From a virus (Duplodnaviria > Caudoviricetes): DNA of 60,271 nt. The translations under genes and the position numbers were made by a program. Positions 46,801 through 54,400 of the stretch are shown in pieces (positions within the stretch are counted from its first letter, which is position 1; each line of letters starts with the position of its first letter). The stretch covers positions 1-60,271 of IMG/VR virus record IMGVR_UViG_3300008261_000124, one strand, 5' to 3'. Below the pieces are notes generated by a model, which searched no databases, was not told the DNA's origin, and saw only the letters and a list, made by a program, of their open reading frames with translations.

Positions 46801-49800
46801 TTTAAAAATTCAGTAGTTGTTAATCTTTGTTTTAATGATTTTTCTTTATCAACATCTTGCTCTAAAACATCATCAAACATTGCAAATTGATCAGCTTTTT
46901 CAAAACCTTTATATGTTTTATAGTAAGTCGGATCATCTTTAACCATTTTTATTCTTTTGATTTCTGCTTCAAGTTTAGGATAAACCAGTTGTAATATTTT
47001 TGTATTAACATTGCCTTGGGTAATATAATCTCCTGAAGCATTTTTTAAGAATAACTCAGTATCTATAAACAAATGATTAGTCTTTTTACCATCATAAGTT
47101 TTTATTTCTTTTATTTTTACACCTAAATATGTTTTCTTTCCTGCAGCTCTTGTTGTACCTTCTTGAACACCATAAAACATCATACTAGTCATGTCAGTAA
47201 TAACTTTGTCTAGTTTGGTCATTTTACCATAAGGTACACCATTAGATTCAAAATCTTCAGTCACATATTTGCTACCATCAACATCAAATACCTCTATTGA
47301 GTTATCTTGATCTTTTGTTCCATCTGTTTTAAATAATGAGTTTAAAAAGATAGAAGCTTTTGCTTGAGGATTAAATTCTGGATTTAGATAATATAAATGA
47401 GCATAATCACCTAACAATGTATTATCAAACATATCACCTTTAAACATAACTTCATTAATAGAATTTATGATTTTAGTGTATGTACTGTTAAGAGCAGTTG
47501 TTGCTTTTAAATTATCAGAAGAAGCTCTTACCATACTGCCGGTATATTGATCTGAATACTGAGCCTCAAGACTAGCAATAGCATCAACTCTACCAACAGA
47601 TGAGTTATAATTTATATCTACAACCTGATTAAATCTATTTAATGATTTAAACTTGTGAAATCTACTTAAGAAATCTATTGGAGCTTCAATGTTTAGTTTA
47701 TTATATTCAGCAAGACCTATGGCTTGTGCTATATATTTTACATCTTCTTCTTGTAATGTTTGATTTATATCATAATTATTAGTTAGATATAATCCAATAC
47801 TATTTAAAAAAGGTATCCAGTTTTCTTTACTGTTTACTGTATAAGATAATAAACCATCAGCACCAAATGTTTCTACTAAAAAAGCTTTCTTAATAGCTGG
47901 TAAATTTAATTCATTAGCTTTTGTTTCAGTATTTACTTTGATATAAGGAGATGATGTTTCCTGAGCAAACTTAGATGGCCAATCTCTTCTTTTAATTTTA
48001 AAGTATTCTGCAGTAGTTTTACCTACTTTTATTTTCACAGATACTTCTCCATTTTCATCTCTATCTTCTACAAATTGTGTAGCTAAGATAGGCATGTTGT
48101 AAAGATTTAAAGATTGCCATAAACTAATCCACATATTAGCTGCATTTTCAGATGTAGACATTACTTCAGCAGGATTACCAACTTTGAGCAATAATTGATC
48201 AAAATATGGAGCAATCTTCATATCACGGGCTTTTATCATTTTATTATATAAGCCTGTCGGTGTTGTTTGACCACCTAATTTATTAGTTAATACTCTCCAT
48301 GTAGGAATAAAATCTACAGTTTCAGGAAATCCTAAAGCATTTTCTATATTAGAACCATCAGGGTTTTTTTTGAGTAAACTTTTAACAAGAAATAAAGTTT
48401 CATTTGTGGCTATATCTTCAGATTTTTTCTCATTAGGACCCTTGTTTGAGTAAGTTTCATCAGCTTCTGCTTTTTTAGAATCTAAATTATCTATTTCAAT
48501 ATCATAATCTTTTACTAAACCTAAATCTTTAAATGCAGAATTTTCTCTATGGAATGCAACAACAGAATTACCTTTTGCATTACCTTTTATTATTTCTGTT
48601 ATATCACCAAATATTTCTGATTTTAGAGCTCTACTTAAAATATCAATATTTCTTTTGTAAACATCTAAGAAAGGATCATTTTTATTTTCTTTATTTTTTT
48701 CTACATAAGCCATGTGTTGTTTAAGCTTATTTTGAAAAGCTGTTTTAACAACAACATTATAAATATGATCTTGATTTTTAGGACTTGTTATAGCTGTAAT
48801 AACATATCCATTAGCAATAACACCTTTTGCTTTTTGTTCTTGAATTACTCTATCTGTATATAAAGATATAATACCATCAATACTATTGCTTAACTCTATA
48901 GCTTCTTGATAGTTAAACAAAGGTGCCCCATCTTCTGCTATAATACCAGAGTTTAATCTTCCAAACTCAGCATTTTTAAGATTAGGAGCTATACGGCTTA
49001 TTTGATCTTGTGTCTTAGCTCTATACAAAGTATTGAACATTTCATTAAGAACAGTCTCAGAACCAGGATTAGAATATACAGTAGTTGCATCAGCACTACC
49101 AAAAAACTGTTTAAGTAAAGCCCAAATTCTATTAAAGATTTTACTTAGAATATTAGTTTTAGCATTTTTGGTTTTAAACTTACCATTATTTATAGCAAAT
49201 AATCTAAACTCTTCTGCTATAAATTCTTCTAGTAATAATCTGTCTTGAGGAAAGTTAGGGTTAAGATCACTAAACTTTACTGTTACTTTTTCAAAGTTGT
49301 TACCTCCTTGACCACCGGTTCCTTTAACTACTTCAAATGAACCATCAAGTTTAGAAACACTGTTATACAATCTATCTCTATCACCTTTTGATAAATATAA
49401 TTGACTAAATACATGCCATGCTTCATGATAACCATGAGTATAACTTGCTCCAGAAAACAATGTAACAGCTGCATTAGAAAACATACCAAATGCATCAGAA
49501 TTTACAATTGTTCTACTAAAGTCAGTTGTAATTAATGGTTTACCACTTTCATCAACAGCTTTAAATAAAGGGCTTTCTTCTAAAAACTTTTTAGCTCTTT
49601 CTTCTTGTTCAGCTGTTGTAGGTATGGTTTCTAAAAGTTTTGATCTGAATGCTGCAGAATTTATATCAAAGTCAATTCCTCCAAATAAATCAGGATTTTC
49701 ATCAACTTTTTCTATAGTTTCTTTAACTTCTTGTTCTACTTGTTTTTTCTCATTTATTCTTTTATATCCTAAATAAGAATTAACAATCATTGGTCTACCT

Positions 49801-51467
49801 TTTCTTCCTACAGTTTTATCCATAGCAACTCTAGGCATAATTCTTTGGAAAATAAAATCATAGTAATTTCTACTATCTTCAGTTATTTCACCAGTAGGTG
49901 TAACAGTGATCCATCTTAATTTATTATCATTGTAAGGTTTTTCCATAATAGTAAGGAAATTGTTACCAAAGAAACTTTTTAGAATTTCTCTAGCTTCTTC
50001 CTTATTATTTACAATATCTAATATTTTACCATTAACACTTAATACATCTTTAGTAAGAATAAATCCAGAGTTTTCTTCTATATGTAAAAACTGTTTTATA
50101 TAATCTAGTTTATCCATAGCTGATAAAGGAATACCTAAAAGCTTTGGATCATCAACTAAAACACTTACAATATTATTTAATACATCAGAATCAGTACTAA
50201 GTTTTTCAGGATTTTTTAAAGATACTCTTGAGTCTGAATCTTCAAATTTTATAGTAGGTAATACTATACTTTTATTACCTTTTACTATTGTAGTAAATTC
50301 AATACTTGCTTTTTCTACCGGTGTAAGATTAAACTCAGAAAGATAAGCTTGTGTTGCTTTTCTTTGAGCAGGAGTCATATCATTTGTATTTTTATAATAA
50401 CCAGTGCTACCACTGTTTATATCTAAAAGTACAGGTTCAGTATTAGTTTCTTCTACTATTTGTTTTACAAAATCTTCTTTTTCTTTATATAACTTATCTA
50501 TATAAGAAACTAAATCTTTAAACTTTTCAGTTTTAACAGCTTCTTTTTCTTCAGAAGTTAAACTTGTATCACTATCTACTATATTTGTTATTTCAGTTTG
50601 TTTTTCATTAAACAATCTGTCTTTAATGGATTGTTCTTCTTCTTTAGAAGAAGCTTTCATTAAAAAATGAACTATAGTACCATTACTTGCATCACCAAGA
50701 GTACCATCTTCTTTAAAGTAAAGAAAGTTACCTTTATTATCTACAAGAGCTAATACTACAAAATTTGTAGGTTGCTCATTCAAATAAAGATTTCTTTCAA
50801 GATTAGGTAATTGATTTTCTTTTATTGCCAGCAATCTAAACCCAGTATGTCCTTCATAAGTAACTTCTGTAAAGTCTGGTTGAAAATCTTTAACAGAACC
50901 TAATAATTTATTTACTACATTATGATGTAAATTTGCTTTAGGGTTTGTTTGATCTTGAGAAGGAATACCATTTACTCTAAGTAACTGTTGACCAATAGTT
51001 TTATTTATTTCACTTGGGAATAATAATCTATCAATAAAAAGTTCTTTTGCAGATGTAGTAGTTTCTATAGGAATAACTGAATCTTTAGGTTGATTAGCAA
51101 TCTCTTCTTCTATTTGTGATATAGGAATAGATATAATTTTTAATTCTTTAGCTAAAAGATCCAACCCATTTTGACTATTTACTTTTTGAATAAGATCTTT
51201 AATACCATCTAAATCTTTCCCGTCTAAACTCATCATGTCTAGATCAGGATTTATTTTAAACAAATTAGTCATTATTTGTGGTACATGATATGCCACACCT
51301 AAAGCCTGTACTTGATCTTTATTTTTACTATAAGCAGCATCATAAATTTCTTTTATAATACCCAGATAATTAAATGGTTTTGTCTTAATACCTTCCAGCA
51401 TTAAAACATTTACATATTCTTCTAAAGCTTTTTTTAAGTCTTTTTGTTGTTCAAGATTACAAACCAT
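40872..51467 (-). CDS. virion-packaged RNA polymerase (crAss-like, double-psi beta-barrel type) with zincin-like domains
   Basis: DADGQG, RIPVQGPNS and catalytic SGTDFDVDK (44640-44654); HEAWH and HELGH motifs. Confidence 0.88.
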   Translation of the reverse strand: MVCNLEQQKDLKKALEEYVNVLMLEGIKTKPFNYLGIIKEIYDAAYSKNKDQVQALGVAYHVPQIMTNLFKINPDLDMMSLDGKDLDGIKDLIQKVNSQNGLDLLAKELKIISIPISQIEEEIANQPKDSVIPIETTTSAKELFIDRLLFPSEINKTIGQQLLRVNGIPSQDQTNPKANLHHNVVNKLLGSVKDFQPDFTEVTYEGHTGFRLLAIKENQLPNLERNLYLNEQPTNFVVLALVDNKGNFLYFKEDGTLGDASNGTIVHFLMKASSKEEEQSIKDRLFNEKQTEITNIVDSDTSLTSEEKEAVKTEKFKDLVSYIDKLYKEKEDFVKQIVEETNTEPVLLDINSGSTGYYKNTNDMTPAQRKATQAYLSEFNLTPVEKASIEFTTIVKGNKSIVLPTIKFEDSDSRVSLKNPEKLSTDSDVLNNIVSVLVDDPKLLGIPLSAMDKLDYIKQFLHIEENSGFILTKDVLSVNGKILDIVNNKEEAREILKSFFGNNFLTIMEKPYNDNKLRWITVTPTGEITEDSRNYYDFIFQRIMPRVAMDKTVGRKGRPMIVNSYLGYKRINEKKQVEQEVKETIEKVDENPDLFGGIDFDINSAAFRSKLLETIPTTAEQEERAKKFLEESPLFKAVDESGKPLITTDFSRTIVNSDAFGMFSNAAVTLFSGASYTHGYHEAWHVFSQLYLSKGDRDRLYNSVSKLDGSFEVVKGTGGQGGNNFEKVTVKFSDLNPNFPQDRLLLEEFIAEEFRLFAINNGKFKTKNAKTNILSKIFNRIWALLKQFFGSADATTVYSNPGSETVLNEMFNTLYRAKTQDQISRIAPNLKNAEFGRLNSGIIAEDGAPLFNYQEAIELSNSIDGIISLYTDRVIQEQKAKGVIANGYVITAITSPKNQDHIYNVVVKTAFQNKLKQHMAYVEKNKENKNDPFLDVYKRNIDILSRALKSEIFGDITEIIKGNAKGNSVVAFHRENSAFKDLGLVKDYDIEIDNLDSKKAEADETYSNKGPNEKKSEDIATNETLFLVKSLLKKNPDGSNIENALGFPETVDFIPTWRVLTNKLGGQTTPTGLYNKMIKARDMKIAPYFDQLLLKVGNPAEVMSTSENAANMWISLWQSLNLYNMPILATQFVEDRDENGEVSVKIKVGKTTAEYFKIKRRDWPSKFAQETSSPYIKVNTETKANELNLPAIKKAFLVETFGADGLLSYTVNSKENWIPFLNSIGLYLTNNYDINQTLQEEDVKYIAQAIGLAEYNKLNIEAPIDFLSRFHKFKSLNRFNQVVDINYNSSVGRVDAIASLEAQYSDQYTGSMVRASSDNLKATTALNSTYTKIINSINEVMFKGDMFDNTLLGDYAHLYYLNPEFNPQAKASIFLNSLFKTDGTKDQDNSIEVFDVDGSKYVTEDFESNGVPYGKMTKLDKVITDMTSMMFYGVQEGTTRAAGKKTYLGVKIKEIKTYDGKKTNHLFIDTELFLKNASGDYITQGNVNTKILQLVYPKLEAEIKRIKMVKDDPTYYKTYKGFEKADQFAMFDDVLEQDVDKEKSLKQRLTTTEFLNAVAEKGLITTLNENEVLRDELNKQVLEYFSRLKKRYEKQYVKAVKSAKLQRNGEALLPEAIKEALKERFISNKVIKKAQLDSLGESSDILLKNAFFSSYTINSWLYKAEVGTIIHTDHFQFNHAKNEGPKRIAPYQSPGTIFATGSLANNYANTYAKREYEQKLMDENKIAKKDIRKHTSIFNTAIIKESEVRSAYYEMYEDMFRKSMIRRGITDEAAIKKELYGPDGLDKNGNPTGGRMAPFAKIKDADGQGFVSFDAYRILKKLESDWSPEQEAAYQDVIKGKQVSADEIKGLFPVYKLGYAGPLAITGRYPINSIHKFSLMPLTPSMLEYGNKKAVLQDIHLKMIEQGIDYITFESGSKQSHIRSSENLNGDDIYEGNDTSRLKENFTFTVNPIFLAYLKNQTKVNSYFKGESTLASQLRKLFNVSLYSEGDPKKQIFKEKTDKVFSLIDRIVKVKKAEILRNLKFKEVIDPKTGTVKLEGDIQVMLGFIRKELEKQGYSKTEIDLIQSNEKGTVDLSSHPLAPQIEKNLVSIINNRLVRLKVNGEPLVEGSSAFFQDVKFKKPTEKDLNNYGTNGLRSYVVDPDGKVDTKGMGVAIALNEDYQKLFFTKYFTKDEKGNYIDSKEIIAVYKKNEKGDRELDFDASFNRLNEMINVNEWLNTDENRLKIRITGVRIPVQGPNSAEFAEVQRFLPPIAGPIIIIPAEIVAKSGTDFDVDKLTSYSKYISSRGTLIKDSFNTVEELDAHIEKLEESFNKARAKAIKGEIKTEVDKKNLTWTTIKDDLSDFRKAVTDVAQTKYLGKEQYNSLTQKNTRKLLENLSDKNLMDFVKNNIPEAYKIYNQKLKDFNITELNKVEETISNLYKEKNDLAKTAIELSLAKEHKRNFSKVIENDLIDAITDVLSLPDMAEVLLTPNDTHLTKYITEDAPGQKGLKSLVQELDDETDYEKSIMTGKRNAPKGISATRMLEQDFNTDKQQASIAGGQGLGIVAVGGTNSNQFRIYGTKLKKSMPVVIKILTRTKAGKNVIEEKIVDFPIGLKLKHNKTSDGAISLSKDRDYNNENSVAEIISQLLNGFVDIDKDEWVAYLQGNPTVTPKILFLVDAGVPFEHIAYFVSNPMVREYVSLENSYKSPLSKLVFGKDHDSSGSNAKNLAKKYMMRSINVPSAEYTNNKDNVHGLQYALNFYHKGAFTLDELKSIASSRLNFADQSQKAGFLQYLLIEELMKDYDLLKMTLNPDTTTSPNMFEAKIKSRAIARLKDSKTVSQEDVNNLVNGGALKPFQVQDFTIELFGRLFPTRNHPKVIDFLTNAVENRTLFSSIEKATGLDEEKYVIRFLNSLYQYVFINTLKNYRSGDTMYKQIPVDQLVNIEQLKNDYDNKEYAKNYIERGLYPVPLAAFEDATFEEFVEFSLEREYLRRMYPIDSVVNTTSYKRSYAALKNINNPAFSTEDGLKKYAYENILKNKALNNIYNTFKLFRSGKDTVAQELINIINDNPALAKKYSVISKFKASVVPNDVKQKYKGILNFTLTDISDVTDIRDENGKKKREDYRRQMSELADPSFIKVANSPQNNAYISSFFEKLPLYAFLQSGMNPSEFNLMSIMPYGNYNRIMDVAVNNLKKLLDSDNADKFLAGFNEFFKARYNSKNSTLINRGVNWRMNMQDVINLKQSNALNINNLPFITNVKGNVYVLDDNSQTFKDLAKDYEKKSDFIYDVKNNNLDSIIISSLSDLNYRFPGMSFEQINAAKTDIDSAISNIKSLEDSGKNIVFLSSIFDQAKLTTTQLGKPYFTEEKALAQKTFRKKPLLFQQIESTRDKPVGARNIGNAILLNISLLKQKYAEKAWTKSAVLNDKSSATPLAENEFTSFDEFFTFVLLHELGHDFIKQAEGETKGLLEDRINKAALAELRKNYSKSTTQPIVQTGDPIKQITAIYNKLTDEQKKKVGTLESILDKYNELPFDLTVEQFVDQTINCKL

Positions 51468-51473
51468 AATATT

Positions 51474-54400
51474 TTAACACAATTTGTTTATAAAGTTATT
51501 TTTAGCTTCTTCTTTAGTAAGCTTGTTGTTGTATACTGTTTGATTTTGAACTATTGATTTTTTATTTTCAAGTATAGTATCATTATCCTCAGTAGTTACA
51601 TTTATAGATTTAGGATCTACAACCCCTTGTATAACAGTTGATAAATCTTCAATTTTTATAGTTACATCACCTGATATCGGAGAAGATAAAGTTACAGTTT
51701 TTTTGTTGATTTTACTAATTTTATAAGGGTTTGGAGTTACTTGACCAAAAGGAGTATATAATACCTCATAGCCTCTTTCCTTAGCAATAGTTAAATTATC
51801 AACATTAATATTTTTATTTATAGATTCAAGAGTTACAGTTTCAGATTTAAACTCTTTAGAAGGTGTATTTTCTCTTACATATCCAAAATTTTGAGATTTA
51901 ATATTACCATCTTTATCAAATCTATAAATAGCTAATACTTCTCTAAGTTTACCTTCTATTTCTTTTGTGATTTTTTTAATAGCAAACTTTTCACCTACAG
52001 GTTGTACAGTAGTAGTTTTACTAAGATCATAATTAGGAATAACCCTTACTACTCTACCATCATCTAATGTTATTTGATATGATTGATCAGTATATGTTCC
52101 ATAATCTCCTATAGAAAAAGTGCCGGTTAAAGCAGAATCTCCCTGAAGTTCTGAAGATAAAGCTTTAAACTTTTCTTCAATAGACATGTCATTAAAAGCC
52201 TGAGTATCAACAGGTTGAGCAAAAGTTAATGTAGAAACAGTTACTTCAGAGGGTTCTTCTTCTATAGCAGCTTCAGTACTTGTAGAAATAGGTAGAGGAG
52301 AAGGTGTAGTTTCAATAACTTCTTTACCAATAGGTTGCAAGTAATCTTCTACTACTTTATCATAAGTAATAGTTGCATTTTTAGCATCAAAAGCATCTAC
52401 AGCTTCTAAAATATTACCATCTAAATCACCTTTAACCTCAATAGGTAACAAAGCTAATTTTTTAACCTGAATACCTAAAAGATCTTCAATCATTTTCTTG
52501 TAAATAGAAAGCTGTAATGTATAAGCTTCTTTTTTCTTAAAACTATCTTTTTCAGTTCCAAACTTTGTCCAGTCACCGGCAGTTTTAATATCATAAATTT
52601 TAAAGTTTCCATCTTTATCTATAACAAGTAAATCAAGCTCTCCGGCAACTTTTTCTTCTTTACCTTTTACATTATATCTACCAAAAGGAACAACATTCTT
52701 AGCTACAATAATCTCACCTCTTTCTTTAAGTTTTTCTCTAACCTTAGTTAAAGCATCCACTATACCACGGTAAGCAGCTTCACTCACAGACTTAGGTTTC
52801 CTAATTGGTTTACCATCAAAAAAATCTCTAGCAAGCTCATCAACTACATTACCTCTATCTTTAGCCTCACTATAGATTATATCATTTAGTGTTTTTTTGA
52901 AGTTTTCAACAGACTCATCTTTTGATACAGCATCTATTAACTTATTGATTTTATTTTGAGAAAGTCTGTCTTTGTATGTTTTTATTTTCTCTTTTTCTAA
53001 TCTATCTATGATAGAATTAATAAGATTTTTAGCATACTCTAGTTTATATTTGCTTTTTAAAGATATGTCTTTTAAAGCTTTTTCATAATACTCAACTAAT
53101 AGTTTTCCACTTGTTTCAGCATAATTAAACTCTTGAATACCATATATTTCTTTTAAAATTCTATCTTTAAGTTTGGTAGCTCTAAGATTATAATCTTCCC
53201 CAGCAACTACATAACCAGATTGATCATCTTTCTTTTTAGCATCTTTAGATATAGCTTCTAATTTTTTTAAGGCTGCTAACTGTTCCGGAGACATGGCAGC
53301 TTGAAGCTCTTTTATAGCAATAGCATTCTCAAGATTTAAAAGCATGTTTTGTTCATCTTCTGTTAAATCTTTTTTCTTAGATAAAACATCATATTCAGCT
53401 TTAAGTTCATCTAAAGTTTTATCAGCAAATACATCTACTTCTTTAACCTTTTCTTGAGTCTTAATATATTTATTTACTATTGGTCTAACAGTAGGATCAC
53501 TAGTCAACCATTCCTGAAAACTTGTTTCTGGATCAATATATCCTTCAGATTTTTTATATTCATAATCTTCTACAAGTTTATCAATAAGTTCTTGAGGATA
53601 TGTAGAAGGATCATCAGGATTAATACCTTCTTGTTTTTCTTTGGTAGCTTCAGACTTTTTAGCTTCTCTTTTAACTTGTTCTGCTTTTTCTAATAAATCA
53701 AGATGATCCTCCCAAACTTTCATTGCTACTTTATATCTAGCATCATCTGGAGAAATATCTTGTTCTTTATTTTTATCTATAAACCCTGTAATATTAGGAA
53801 TTTCTGTACCATTTACTACAGCATTTTTAATAGCTTTTAAATCTTCAGGTTTTAAAATTAATCCTGTATTTTTATAAATCTCATTTAGGATAATGTTAAG
53901 TTCTCTTCTTCCTGTAAAAACATCATTGTTATACTTTAGTACATTTTCTTTATCGCTTATAATAGTACCAAATACATTTTGAAGTCTTTTTTGAACAGAT
54001 AGGAAACCTTCTGGATTAGAAAGTACATTGATAGATTTTACTAAACTTTTACTTTCCTCACCCAAAAGCATGTGATCTAATACAAGTTGATATGCCTCAT
54101 CTATAGTACTATCAAGTACCATACTATTATTGTCACCAGCTAAATATTTTAAGATTTTATTAAAATCTTTTTTAGCTTCTTTTTTAGCTTCTTCTATAAC
54201 TTCTGAAGATTCACCAAACTTTATTTTACTAGCTGTATCATAGAATTTTTCTATTAATTCTAATCTTTCAGTTTTTTGTTTTTTAACCTTCTTTTGTTCA
54301 GGTATAGATTCATCTAATACAGCTATTTCTTTTTTAAGTGTATTTATTTCTTGAATAGTTCCTTGATTACTCATCAGACTCATAAATGTTTGAGCATCAG

